From: Eledone cirrhosa
Lineage: Eukaryota
Reading direction: 5' to 3'
DNA: 64,000 bases
Assembly (NCBI GenBank): GCA_964016885.1
Contig: OZ024741.1
Location: forward strand, 198,710,001 to 198,774,000
The notes under the pieces were generated by a model that saw nothing but the letters and a program-made list of their open reading frames with translations, did no database searches and was not told where the DNA came from. This document shows, in pieces, positions 24,801 to 36,869 of the stretch. Every line of letters starts with the position of its first letter. The stretch's first letter is position 1. The translations under genes and the position numbers were made by a program.

Positions 24801-27800
24801 AACTCTTCTTTTCTAGGCCATGCTTCCAGGTTTGGAATTTCTTCTCTAATTCTGCCATAGACTCAGCTATGAGTGTAAGATCCACGCACAGGAGTTTCCA
24901 TTGGGCAGCCAGTCTTAAACTCCTCCGTTATAGCCTGTAGAACAATAATAAACAGGAGAAGGCTAAGAACAAAGCCCTGGTGGATGCCAACCTGCACGAT
25001 AAATTCCTTGCTTTAGTCATTGTTAATCCTAACTTTGCTGACTGCTCTCCTATACATGGCTTGTACAGCCTTCACATGCCGCTGATCTACCCCTAGTTTT
25101 CTAAGAGTCAACCAGAATATGACACAGGAGACTGTCAAAAGCTTTCTTGAGATCAACAAATGCCAGGTAGAGTGGCTTACTTTTAGCTAGATACTTCTCT
25201 TGGAAGAGGACATCTGTGGTGCTTTTACCTGGCACAAATCCGAACTGCATCTCATCTAGATTGACCTGGTCCCTAATTAGCTCAGCTATAACTCTTTCTG
25301 CTACTTTCATGACCTGGTCCATCAACTTGATGCCTCTATCTAGTGCATCTCCTTTAGCCTTGTAGCAATTGACAATGATGCTGCTGCACACCAATCATTC
25401 GATATGAAACCATATTATTTGGTTTACAATACGTATGGTTAAAGCTTGACTCCCTAATCCAGATGCTTTCAGCATCTAGACAACTATTCCCGATGGCCCG
25501 ACTGCTTTTCCAGTCTTCATATCCTTAATTGCTTTACCTCCTGCTGACTTGTATTTTTGAGTCCTCTGTAAGGGTCTACTTGCAGTAGGGTCTCTTTCCC
25601 CCATGCATTCTCCTCATTCAGTAATCTTTCATAATGGCTCTTCCATGCTACTATCTTTTCTGCGTCTGTGGGGGCAAGTGTGCCTTTATCATCATTGTCA
25701 CAATCCTCAATTTTCCCTAACACACTGCCTCACAATCCTGAACACCTCGTTTCTGGTCTTCACGCTGCAAAACATGCTTGAAGTTTTTATCTTTTGCTTC
25801 TCTCCTTGCCAAGTATACTTGTCATCTAGCTTCGTTCCTGGCCTCCATGTAGCGTACCCTGCTTCCTCTGTTCTTCCATTATTTCCATACATGTCTCTTG
25901 GCCTTAATGTCTCATCTATCTTACTGTTCCACCACCAGGTCACTCTCCTTCTGTCTGTAGCCCTGCTACATCCACAGATCTCATCTGTGCCTTCAGTAAA
26001 TTATCTTTCAGGAACTCCCAATGCTCTTCTATACTGAATGTTTGTATTTCTTCTTCCTTACTGTCGTAGGCATCAAGCAAAATATCTCTAAATTTGTTAC
26101 TGGCTGAGGACTCTTTCAACTTCCATATCCTTCTCCTCCAGGTTTCTCTTTGTTTTCAAGTTTGTCTAGCTCTGACAATGAAGTCGCTAACTACTAGGTT
26201 ATGTTGGAAGGTGCCTTCTTCACCAGGGAAAGATTTCGTGTTAACCACTCTCACTCTATCTTGTCCTTTGGTAAGGATAAAATCTATCTGACTAACATGC
26301 TCACCAGATCCATAGGTGATCAGGTAGTTGTTGTTTTTTTTTAAAGTTTGTGTTACAAATCGATAGGTCATTGGTGTCACAGAATTCTAGGAGCCTGAAA
26401 CCTTCTTCTTCCTTGCACCAAACCCGTAGTTTCCGTAACTCTGTAGCAGCCGTCACAGTGTTATCCAATGTGTCCATTAAAGTCCCCCGCAATGATTAGG
26501 AAGTCACTGTCATTCGTTAGCATAGTAGTGTCCATTAGGTATTCATAAAACCTACCTTTGAGTTCGCCTGACAATCCAGATTGGAGTGCTTATGCAGATA
26601 TAATTATAACCATTGTTCTATTTAGGACTAGTCTGAGTTTAATGATTCTCGGGTTCACTCTATTCATGGTGATTACTTTATCTCCCCATTTGTCAGCTAA
26701 TAAGATATCTATTCTCCTCAGCCTGTTGTCATCTCCAGGAAGAATAGGAAAGATAGTCACTGTTGTAGTAGCAGTTAGCTGTTATTGTCACAGATAGTGA
26801 ATGAAGATATATCTGTATTGCTGTGGCTTGATTGGTCTAAGAGGCTAAGGTGTGTGTGGGTGGGAAATGGTGAGATAAGTGAGGGAATTCAACAAGTCGA
26901 TAGACTAGCGTCTCAGATGAATTTACACGAGATGAATACATGAAATGGGATAAAGTCATTGATTAGGAGAGAAAAAAGTTTGGAGATTGTAAATTATGAA
27001 CAGGTAACAAAATGATTCTGAGATTTTTTTTTACATACTTTTTCATAGTCAAACCGATATAAAGTGTGAAATCTAGCAATTTCTAAGACAGAAAGCTATT
27101 TTGTAAGAGTTTTAGAAAATTTTGAGAAAACAAAACTAATTGTGGATATACTAAATGAATTAGTCAATTATTTATCATCTCATTGATTAGCTGCTTCAAG
27201 TCATTAATTTGCTTTGATTCACATTTTAGTAGCACTGATATGACAGAGTGAAATATATTACCTTAACTGAAAGGACAGCACCTTGTGGTGGTTTAAAAGA
27301 ATTGAGAACAACAAAAATATCAACAGCTGTAATATTTTCCCAGTCCATGTTGCAAATTGCTAATCGGGAAGAAATTTCTGAAGTCAAAGTAGCATCTCTG
27401 TCCATTTCACCCCAGTTATGCACAATATTTCCAAGTTCTGGTATTAAACAATTTTCTGTAACACAACAAACATATGTATGCAAAAATTATATTCAATGTC
27501 AATGAATGAGGTGAAAAATCTAAATAAATTGTCAAGAATCATCAAATTTTCATACATTAGGGATGTAAATTGAGTAGGCACCAGGCCAACTTTCGTAAAG
27601 AATATTACAGCTTTTATATTTATTTTACCATGTTAGCAGAGTTGAAATGAAATTTTTGTAAGAAGTTCTGATGTGCTTTGGTCAGAAGCACAATACAATA
27701 GCTACAATAAGATTTCAACTACTAACCATCATCATCATCATCGTCTAACGTCTATCTTCCATGCTAGCATGGGTTAGACGGGAATTGTCCCATTTGAGGC

Positions 27801-30800
27801 AAGATTGGTCGGGTGACCGTGTCTCTCTCGTATAGGAGGCAGGTTTTCTATGGCTGATGCCCTTCCTAACACCAACTATGTTTACCATCTGGTTAGTAAT
27901 CAATGACAACTGATTTAACCTCACAGCTGTTATGCTTCTTAAATTCAATTAAATCAATATGAATTAATATTTAACTTCACTTATTTAATTTATCCTTATT
28001 GATAAAGGACTTTCACTCAGAATAGGGAGTTAATGAATGAGATATAGAAACGAGTTTGATAAATTAATGTTACTAGCATCTTCATCTACTTCACTGTGTG
28101 TTATGAACCAATGAAAGTACCTCTATATGGTTGCATGACCTTCTCAGTTTAAATCAACAGCCAAAATGTGCACAAATTATATCCTACCATCATCAAAAGG
28201 AATAGACATTATAATGTAGTCTCAGAAAAGAACAGGGTGTCCATAGCTGAATTGGGACAAAATAACAATAAACAGTACATCTGTGAACATGCAATTAATT
28301 GAAGAATGCATTAAGAATATGGAGATAAAATTCAAATCATCATAATATAATATCTATTTTCTCTGTTAGCAAGGAATGAATGAGTCATCATAGATCAAGT
28401 CAGTTCTCAAGTAGAGCTACTGACCTCTCAGGTAAGCCAGGTGTTGTAAAATTAACAATTATTGAGACCAAACAAAACAACCATAAACATACTAACCATC
28501 TTGTGAGTCAAAGTCAGAATCATCTGATGAGCTAGTCTCATTACCAATGCCTCGGGCCAAATCTGGACCACTTCCTAAACCTAGAACAACAAAACAAACA
28601 GGAAAATAAATAAAATGAAAATGAAATAGGTAAAAAAAAGAAATGATCCTCTTTATCAATCTTTTCTGTCCATTTTTTTAATGTTTGCATGGGTTGGGCA
28701 GGTCTTTTCTAGCACAACTTCCCTCCACCTACTACATTCCTTTATTGTTTCCACTGTTAGTTTCAACATTTTTGGCTCCGCTCTCATCATTTCTCTTCAA
28801 GTCTTCCTTCGCTGTCTTCTACTGCAGCTTCCCTCCAATGGAAACTCCTGGCATTTCTTCATTCAACAGTCCATACACATCACATTTCCATACCAGTGCA
28901 GTCTTCTCTCTTACACATTTGGTTCCTCTTCCCAGTTTCTTTCTCAGTCCATCCATCAAAGCACATTTTTTTCCCAAGTTCTGCATATACTGCCTATTTT
29001 TCACTTCCATCAAACTTTGTGCACAAGCAGTTGCAGTTATAAAATAATTGTGTGAATCACCTTTCTTGATTGTATATAATTCACACTGAAACCCACTTTT
29101 CCCACTTCTGTCTCAATCACAAACTCTTTTCACACTGTTTCCAATCCTTCCTACCCATAGTTTATCCTTATAAGTTCCCTCCTTTTCTACCAACTAACCC
29201 CCAGTTCATACTTTTTTACAAACTAACATTTAACCTCTATTTACTATGATTGCATGGGCTGTTGTGTGCAGAGGCCAGACCAATCAGGTGACTTCATCTT
29301 GTTTATACACTCATTTTTGGCATGGTTTCTACAGCTGGGTGCACTTCCTAATGCTAACCACTTTACAGCAAGTATCGAGAGAATTTTATCATAAACCTGG
29401 CACTACCACCTTACAGGGGGCACTTGGTACTTTTTGTTGTGGCTCCAGCATGACCAACTTATAAAGTGAAGTGGGTGTTTTTTTGTCATGGCACTACCAC
29501 CTTACAGGGTGGACTGAATGCTTTTATTGGGGCAACAGCACTACCACCTTACAGGGAGCTTTTTGTTGTGAAACCAGGATGATCATCTTACAGGGTGGAA
29601 TAAGTGCTTTTTGTCATGGCACCAGCACACCCACCTTACATGGCACAAACACTACAACCTTACAGGGTGGACTGGGTGGATTAACTTAAATTATTTACAT
29701 CCCTTACAATGGCTATAAGTAGGTATCATTATGAATTTTTGAAAACATTTAAATCTAACTTCTGTATTTTTTCTTGGAGAGCATCTACATTTTCTGATAA
29801 TATTTTAAGAAATATGACAATTTGAATGGTCAGAGAATTGGTCGAAATCTTGCCTAATTAGACTTAAATGAATGATTAACCACATTTGTGATGTCATATC
29901 ATTGATACTGAGGTGATAATTATCTTCAAATTACACAAATTAATAGTGTTCATGGGATAGCAGTTGCTTATTTTTTTTCAGTTTCTTGAAAATGAAACTT
30001 TACTTTTGGCAATTTTAAAAATATTTATGTAAAGCCTATTTTGTTGCATGTAACAAATAGTTGATTTCACAACATGAGTGGAAGCTTTTCATGTGTTTTT
30101 AGACCTAGCTGAATCCAAAAGTACAAGCCATAGGGACTTTTGTAGTAGGTATAGATCTAAATAAATTGTGAGATTTTGGGACATGATACTATTTCAATAA
30201 AATTTTAATGGACTATTAAAAATGGCTATAAATAATTAAATTAGTGATTAAAGGCTGTTGCAAGCTTTTCATATATTTTCAGACATGGCTATATTGTAAT
30301 CCATTATCTGTAGGGGATTCAGTTTTGATACACTGGTACAGGGTATAAAACTGAATCCTCTCTGTAAGTTTGAAGCTTTACAATACATTTAAAAGGTATC
30401 TCTGTAAAGCTCCATGGAAGGGGCAACACGCACAGTTTGCTTGATCATTTTCATGTCAAAATACATTTTTTCCGTGGACAATTATATATCATTTGAAAGT
30501 TCTGGATATGAACTCATATACTTTTGATCAAAATCTGACACATATCTTGCTCTACTTGTGAAAATGTAAACAAGCCACAAATTATCCGAATGTATTAAAA
30601 ATCGGAAAAATAAACGAAAACATCACACCAGACTTTAATAGTCTACAAAATAATATTCATTGCACAATATAATTTATTGGCGAAATTTGACCAATATTTA
30701 TCAAAGAAAAACGAAAAATCTGACCTCGCTCTCAGCATTTTAAAACAGTGAGATGGAATAAATAACATTCTCAATATGACGATTCCATGTTAATTTGGGG

Positions 30801-33235
30801 CTCTAGAAGACTTATGTAGCTCAATTTAGTTCATTTTTTCATAGAAATGTGTTTACTTAATTAATTTGTCAATTGGTTCAAATATTTGAAGCCTTGGATC
30901 CGTGTTCTGTTTCAGCTCTTGCTGCACGGGAATATGACATTTCGACAAGTAGCATTACAAACATCCATGGTATTCACCTTTTTACTGACTTTGTGGTTTT
31001 GTGCCAGCAAGTGGCCCAAATCAGCAAGTCCTTTTCATGATTGTATCATTTCCAACACAAATCAAGTTATAGTGATCCAGTCCATTGAACTAGTACAAGT
31101 GTTATTATTCAGCAGTCAAAAACGAAAATGGGACAAACATTGCAAATGGGTGGAAATATGAGGGTGATTGAGGAGCTCTGGCATGATATGTAAGTGTTGG
31201 ATTTTGATCAAATGTATATGAGAAGAAAGTTCCCATTCAGAACTTTCAAATGATATATAATTGTCCATGGAAAAAATGGAATTTTGAAATGAAAATAATC
31301 AAGCAAAAAGTGGATTCGTGTGTGGTCAAGCTGTGCTGGTTGCCCCAGAGCTCTACTGTGATACCTACTATAAGTATTAACCATGAAATATGGCTGTAAA
31401 ACATGATTAAAAGATACTTGCCTGATTCCTCTTCTTCATATTCATTATCATCATCAACCTCATCATCTATGTCATCATCACTGTCAGCATCATCATCACT
31501 TACTATGAAAAAAGTGAGAAACCATTTTAAATTATAGAATACATACATATATTTTTTACTCGTTTCAGTCATCAGATAGCTATGGTATACTACTAAAGGA
31601 GATGGCTCAATGGGTGACACCTTTAGTTGCTAAAAAAATTCTCACAACACAGTGATGTAGCTATGATGAGATGGGTAAAGGCTGCCTCTAAAACAGCCTA
31701 GCCTTTGTGGGTCTAAGAAATGTAGCAAATTGGTGACTGGCATGAATAAGATACCAAAACACTGCAGTATGGTAAGAAAAAATAAAGGCATTCATATGGC
31801 ATCAACCTTTTTGTGAGATAACAAGGGACACATTCAGGCTTTAGCTACAGAGGCTTGTTCAAAAAATATATTGCAGTCTCCATCCAACGCTGCAAGAACT
31901 AGCGATAGGCCTGTGACCTGTCTTGGGAGGTGGGGGACAGACACACAAAAGTTGTAAATCTTGAAATGGAACATTACATCCCTTACAAGTAAGGAGCAGT
32001 AGCTTGAGGAGGAGGCCAGATGCTACCAGTAAGCTATAGCCAGGGTTTCCTTAAAGTTCCATGGCTCTGGTGCTGTAGATTCGGATGGAGGATGGAAACT
32101 TCACTATTTTATTGCATAACTGATACCATCAAAATGCAAATAACAGCAATGACATAATAAAATGATGTAAGGTTCCAACATGCTGGCCACGATATCTGGA
32201 ACCTTCAACATTTGTAAAACATTTTTATGATTCAAAGGATGAATGATTACACAGAGTATGACCGATATTTTCTTTCCTTAACAACCTTGTCACTGGGAAG
32301 GTGGACGATCAAAAATAAACTCAAAATTAAGAGAAAGATACTGCTAGACCAACATGTCGTAATAGAAAATATTGACTGTGCCATATCAGAGTGGAAGATA
32401 TCACCAATATCATATGTATGTAAACAATATCTTAAATCAAGAAACTTTTCTTTACATTTGTGCTACAGTTCATTATCATTGTCCCTACAAGGGTTGGATG
32501 GATAGTCAGCAGACTAGGTTGGTATTCAAAGCAGAAGTACTAATTCCATTATGTGTTGGGAGCCTGCATCTCGCTATTGAATGGTCTGACAGGCCGGTGA
32601 GATTCACTTATCTACAATCCTCTGCACTACCAAGAGCATTTTATTGTGATACCAGTTCTAGGGAGGATGTTATGCTTTTAATATAGCTGAAGAGGCCTCA
32701 CAACCTTTTTTTTGGCAGGTTTTTTTTATATTCCTATCACAATTATTACTGTAATATTAATATCTTAATAATTACCTTCTTTTTTAATTGCCTTATCACT
32801 TGATTCTTTTAAATGGCTAGATTCCGTTGGTCTTTCACCTTCAACATTAATTGTTAACTTCTTCTCTTTATGACTTGAATTATTTCTCTCTTTTGTCTTC
32901 AAGACTTCAGAATCTGATGAAATATGATTTTTAGATTTTGACTTGCTGCCAGTTATTTCATTTTTCTGCACAGACGTTTTCTCTTTTTCATTATCCTCAT
33001 CTTCATCCTCAGATTCATCAGATGAATCATCTGAGAGATCATAGTAACGTCGGAGATTCTCATTGGTGGTGCTTTGAAACGGCCGGCCTCGCTTGTCAAG
33101 GCTGTATTTATAGTTAAAACGTTCATCTTTAAACATACTTTGGAAACGTTGATCTATTTTAACTTTCCTATCTTTCTTCGGGACAGCCCGAAAGCGAGGA
33201 TCCTTAGAAATATGAGAGAACCGTTCATCTGCCAT
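10056..33235 (-). CDS. ESF1: ESF1 homolog (nucleolar pre-rRNA processing protein), complete spliced CDS: complement(join(10056..10370,12288..12449,13815..13918,14359..14476,14680..14801,15571..15747,16887..17022,19129..19246,20637..20796,21410..21533,27262..27455,28497..28580,31422..31502,32776..33235)), 2355 nt, about 784 aa
   Basis: Manually chained exons have consistent splice phases and carry ESF1 motifs: [106 protein letters not shown], and a C-terminal NUC153-like [21 protein letters not shown]. Confidence 0.95.
10632..10860. mobile_element. piggyBac-like MITE
   Basis: TTAA-CCCTTTAGCATTCA ... TGAATGCTAAAGGG-TAAA terminal inverted repeat; related TTAACCCTTT ends recur at about 10425, 11020, 14112, 14910 and 21555. 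Confidence 0.65.
12288..12449 (-). CDS. ESF1: ESF1 coding exon 13
   Basis: [30 protein letters not shown]...IEDDFK. Confidence 0.92.
12590..12975 (+). mobile_element. Degenerate RTE-clade LINE 3' fragment
   Basis: TWTLTK..EK.I.GTYTRML.AALDITW-like translation and a GAT-rich tail. Confidence 0.6.
13020..13375. mobile_element. MITE with about 38-bp imperfect TIRs
   Basis: GGAGTTTATCTTTACTAATCCAGTGTAGTGTATAAAA at the left; its near reverse complement at about 13336-13373. Confidence 0.6.
13815..13918 (-). CDS. ESF1: ESF1 coding exon 12
   Basis: Lys-rich [18 protein letters not shown]...ELKKQEQ; phases fit both neighbours. Confidence 0.85.
14359..14476 (-). CDS. ESF1: ESF1 coding exon 11
   Basis: [39 protein letters not shown]; donor GTAAGT. 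Confidence 0.9.
14680..14801 (-). CDS. ESF1: ESF1 coding exon 10
   Basis: [41 protein letters not shown]. Confidence 0.9.
15571..15747 (-). CDS. ESF1: ESF1 coding exon 9
   Basis: EVNTVIND...KYKMLLE...[11 protein letters not shown]; donor CAG|GTATGT. Confidence 0.9.
16887..17022 (-). CDS. ESF1: ESF1 coding exon 8
   Basis: [45 protein letters not shown]. Confidence 0.93.
17668..18853 (-). mobile_element. Near full-length decayed mariner (Tc1/mariner) transposon in an ESF1 intron
   Basis: TA TSD; about 34-bp TIRs TTAGGTTGAACAGAAAGTTCTTGCTGTTTTTCAA; transposase remnant from ATG 18690 (LLYDFKSG...[11 protein letters not shown]; [11 protein letters not shown]). Confidence 0.88.
19129..19246 (-). 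CDS. ESF1: ESF1 coding exon 7
   Basis: [39 protein letters not shown]; phase 2-0. Confidence 0.92.
19790..20510 (+). mobile_element. Old RTE LINE fragment
   Basis: RWFGHVLRK...[14 protein letters not shown] motif. Confidence 0.65.
20637..20796 (-). CDS. ESF1: ESF1 coding exon 6
   Basis: [54 protein letters not shown]. Confidence 0.95.
20985..21106. ncRNA. Inverted pair of degenerate type I hammerhead ribozyme motifs
   Basis: Plus strand: tcttgt CTGATGA ttctgtgtac-tca-gtacacagat GTAA ctccagag TA acaaga. A homologous minus-strand copy at 20985-21040 has ATGATGA...GAAA. Confidence 0.65.
21410..21533 (-). CDS. ESF1: ESF1 coding exon 5
   Basis: [22 protein letters not shown]...; AG/GT boundaries. 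Confidence 0.93.
21955..22230 (-). mobile_element. Penelope-like element remnant with a minimal hammerhead core
   Basis: Minus strand CTGATGA-AGGGC-TTAT-GCCT-GAAAC-ATCG (22075-22103), the typical PLE terminal motif; abuts (TA)n. Confidence 0.6.
22768..23520 (+). mobile_element. 5'-truncated RTE-clade LINE, relatively young
   Basis: [37 protein letters not shown]; (GAT)n tail. Confidence 0.88.
23523..26710 (-). mobile_element. Near full-length decayed RTE-clade LINE (AP endonuclease, RT, Cys-rich finger, long 3' UTR)
   Basis: APE motifs (SAY, GDFNGH, SQIDFIL, QHNLV); RT ([21 protein letters not shown]); WPCSVC...CLKC...C finger; (CAT)n tail at 23523. Confidence 0.88.
27262..27455 (-). CDS. 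ESF1: ESF1 coding exon 4
   Basis: [19 protein letters not shown]...[36 protein letters not shown]. Confidence 0.93.
28497..28580 (-). CDS. ESF1: ESF1 coding exon 3
   Basis: [28 protein letters not shown]; AG/GT boundaries; 84 nt. Confidence 0.9.
29380..29680. repeat. Tandem array of about 38-bp units related to the LINE/SINE 3' UTR module
   Basis: Repeated GCACTACCACCTTACAGGG(TGGACTGGGTGCTTTTT), about 8 units. Confidence 0.75.
31422..31502 (-). CDS. ESF1: ESF1 coding exon 2 (acidic), followed by a GC donor
   Basis: [27 protein letters not shown]; acceptor ttttttcatag; donor CAG|GCAAGT; 81 nt, phase 1-1. Confidence 0.75.
32776..33235 (-). CDS. ESF1: ESF1 coding exon 1 (ATG at 33235; acceptor after 33255, so a non-coding exon lies upstream)
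   Basis: [15 protein letters not shown]...DKRGRPF...LRRYYDL; donor G|GTAAT, phase 1. Confidence 0.95.
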
Positions 33236-36200
33236 GCTTCTTTAGAAGTTGATTCTAAAAATAGAAAAAGTACAATTACAATTCAATTTTAATTACTTTA
33301 AGTTGATTTAATTAAAGCGTCAATCTAGAGACTGTATACATAACATGGAATGAAAGAGTTGTTCATTTAGTATAAAACAAATTTGGTTTTTGTTTCCAAG
33401 ATCTTCAGGTTAAATAGTCATTTTGTCCACTAAATAATGAAATAACAGATAGTGATTGGCAGCTAGATATATCTTTTAAATATAACTAAATTTTAGATGT
33501 AGTTATACAACTGAGTCAAGTATACTACTTGGAAACTTCAATGTACATGATTGGTATTGATCACCTGACATGAAAAGGAGTGATTGGAAGAAATGGCAAC
33601 CATGATCTAAATGCAATCAAAGAGATTTTTTTAGACTTCTGTTTGGGTAATGGGCTCGCTATTATGAACAACTTTTTCCAGTACAAAGATATCCATAAGT
33701 ATAGAAAGTTATTCCACAACAAAAGAATTCTTAGTCATTGCTGATATCAGTGGTATAAAAACTCACTTGTCTACTATATAGTACATCAACCTCAGTATTT
33801 TAAAACCTGGTATTTGTTTTATTGATCTCTATTTGTTGAATTACTAAGTTGTAGGACATAAACAAACACTATTGGCTGTTGAGCTGTGTCAATGTAAATA
33901 TTAACATGGACACACACTTGCATAAATATGAGGGGCTGCCATACAGATTCCATCCCCAATCAAGGATATAGTTGAAGAAACTTGCTCAAGGTATCATGAA
34001 CCTAAAACCACAATGTGAAGTGAACAGTGTAACTCTTAACAACCTGTAATGATTTAGCTGAAAATATATAAAAACAGGTTCATTCAAATGTTTATGTTAT
34101 CTTTGCTTACTAGAGGAAAGAATATAGCAGTATCAAAGTAAATACTTTAATTTTTAATGCAATACACTCATATTGCTGTTTTGTACTTTTCAAGAATGTC
34201 TTGCTGTGGTTTCATATGGTACAGAATATAGGAAAATAATATTGATCTGGAAAGAATTTCTTTATTAATATCAACAATTGCTGCTGCTATTACACAGATG
34301 ATCAGTTTAACTTGATGGGCATCAATTGGTTGTGGCTTTGTATGTAGATAAAAACTTCAATTATGACAACGGCTGTTGGCACCTGGATCTAATATTGAAA
34401 TATTTAATAATAATCCCCAAATGACTGAAGAGTTTAGCAATGCAATGTACAATATGGGTTTAGAACTAGCAATTATATCATACTGGGACACTCAAACTGG
34501 TAATGTTATACTTGTCATGTGGGCCTTTTTGAAGCAATGTTTTGTGTGACCCAAGGCCTTTCCTGGTACCAATTCTTTTAGTAGCTGTTTATAACACTGG
34601 GAGATACAATATACCTATTCTAAACCAGATATGTACAGTGAAGAGAAATGGAATGAGATGGGTCATGTGTTGAGGAAGGATGAAAGTGACTGGGAGGAGG
34701 AAATGATGGAAATTAATGTAGAAGGAAGTAGAGGAAAGGGAAGACCAAAAAAGACATGAAAGTCAGGGGGTTTGTGATGAGGAGATATAGTGGATAGGGT
34801 AACATGGAGAATGGCCTGAAAATGCTTGCTGTTATTATCGACTTTAGTTGGTAATATATTTACAAACAGTATGGAACACAGAGTATGCAGTGATCATTCG
34901 CCATTTTTTGTGGAATATGACAGTAAATATAGAAAAAATAAGGATAGTAATAATTCTAAATATAAATGAATAAAAGAAATCCATGAATAATTTCAAAAAT
35001 AAAATACTAATACAAAATTGAAAAAAAAATAGTATAAAAAGATATTGATAAAGCACAAGCATCCCTCCAAATGTAAAAATGACTATAACAATAGTCGATC
35101 ACTATAAATGATAGGTAAAGTTGTCCTGGTGACAGGAAAATGTAGTCAGAGCTGTCTGCGAGGAATCGAACCTATCATCTCTCAGATGTCACGCGACTGA
35201 ATGTCGTCTTTTGAGAGATTTCTGGGTGTGTACATAGTACCAGTTTGGCACTATGTTTAGAAAGGTTCTCAGATTGGATATAGCATGGTGCTATGTGTAA
35301 GTGGAATGGATCTCCGTCAGTTTCGACAATGATTGTCTCAGTTGTTCGATCAACGGAATGGCTTGCTCGTGAAAGTAATGTGTAAGTGGTTGAACATTCT
35401 ACACATGTGTAACCTTAACGCAATTCTCAGAGAGATTCGGTGTGACAAGGCTGGTCCATTAAATTACAGGTACAGTCCATCTAACAGGATTCTCAACAAT
35501 TTCTGTCTACCCAATTTCATTCACAAGGTATGGATCAATCAGAGGCTACAGTAAATGACACATACCCAAGATACCATGCAGTGGGGTTGAACTATTTGGC
35601 ACTATGTAGATATACAAGAATAAACACCTGATGAAAATGGGAGATCAAACAAACAGAAATGTAATGTAGATATACATGTTTAAAATGTTTTATTTATACA
35701 AACAGATTAATAAGCTGAAATACTACAATCTTATTGAAAATACGTTTCAAATATTTTAAAGAAAGACTCAGATTACTGTATAATTCAACAATATATTATA
35801 AGAGAGTATATTGAAGCTATGGTTAAGTGTCATTTGAAAATACTAAGTAGCGTGTTATACGATATTCATCCAATATTTATCTAGCCCATTCTTTTAAATT
35901 TCTAATTTGTTGACTGTTTTTCCACATGGTAATTTTGATCACAGTAACTAATTCTAGTATGTGTGTATCTATTCAATACTGTAACTAAGCTAATTAAAAC
36001 AGGATCCCTGCATTTAAACCACAAAGTTTAATTATTGTTAAAACAATCGATAACTACTTTTAATAGACAATAAACTACTTAAAATAGAACATATACATTA
36101 TTATGCAAGTTTCTAATAATTACTTTTAACGAAAACGACCAGATATAATCACAGCAATATGCTCTGTCTTCATAACCTCAAATATAATAATTTATAAATG

Positions 36201-36249
36201 ATACAAGAGAATAAATAGTAAATGAACAATAACAATAAAAAAAGAATGC

Positions 36250-36540
36250 TTACTCCACACGTGTAACTAACAACCTGGTTCTTGCAATGAAGAAACGATT
36301 TAATGATGCTTTTAATTTAATTTCCGGTGAAACTTATAGCCATACTTACGAAGCAATAACTATTAACAACAACTAAAAATAATAATACAAAACTAATTTT
36401 ACTATCGAGAACCAAAAATAACAGAAAAGAAAAAGATAATAATTAGATACGAAATATATTTTTTAATTAAAGAAAAATAAAGGCCCCTCAATCTGCGTAT
36501 AAAAGTGTACAGTGCTCTGTATTACACCGGTAGGTATTAG
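36250..36540 (-). promoter_or_regulatory. Candidate ESF1 promoter and non-coding first exon
   Basis: Unique sequence upstream of ESF1 with minus-strand donor candidates GTAAGC (about 36248-36253) and GTAAGTATG (about 36341-36349), an ETS-like CCGGAAA and an E-box CACGTG. Exon 32776..33254 starts at an acceptor, so an upstream exon is needed. Confidence 0.35.
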
Positions 36541-36869
36541 AAAAGCGGTGACTACTCACAGTAGATCAACATCAATTTTTGCATTTTACATAATTATTAG
36601 TTTAGCGATAGGTGAGCCTTGATCGAGCAAACTTATGATCAGAAGCGTTCTTGTCAGGATCATCGTGTCTTTTAGGGAATTCATTATCCTGTGTGCCCAT
36701 TTCTAATACCGGTGAGGTCTCTTGCAGATAGAATTTGGTTTGAGGTACATTTTACTTATTTGTAGCAGGCTAGATGACTATGTAGAAATTTGTGCGATTC
36801 CACAGTATCTTAACGATAGCCAGGCATCCATACTTAAAGCGTTCTATTTATATTCTTTTAGAAACGTTT

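Noticed and set aside
29380-29680. Repeat-spacer-like array
   Set aside because: Inter-repeat segments are diverged copies of each other and of the LINE/SINE 3' UTR module.
35150-35205. tRNA-like B box GGTTCGATTCC on the minus strand
   Set aside because: No complete cloverleaf or A box; probably a SINE head remnant.
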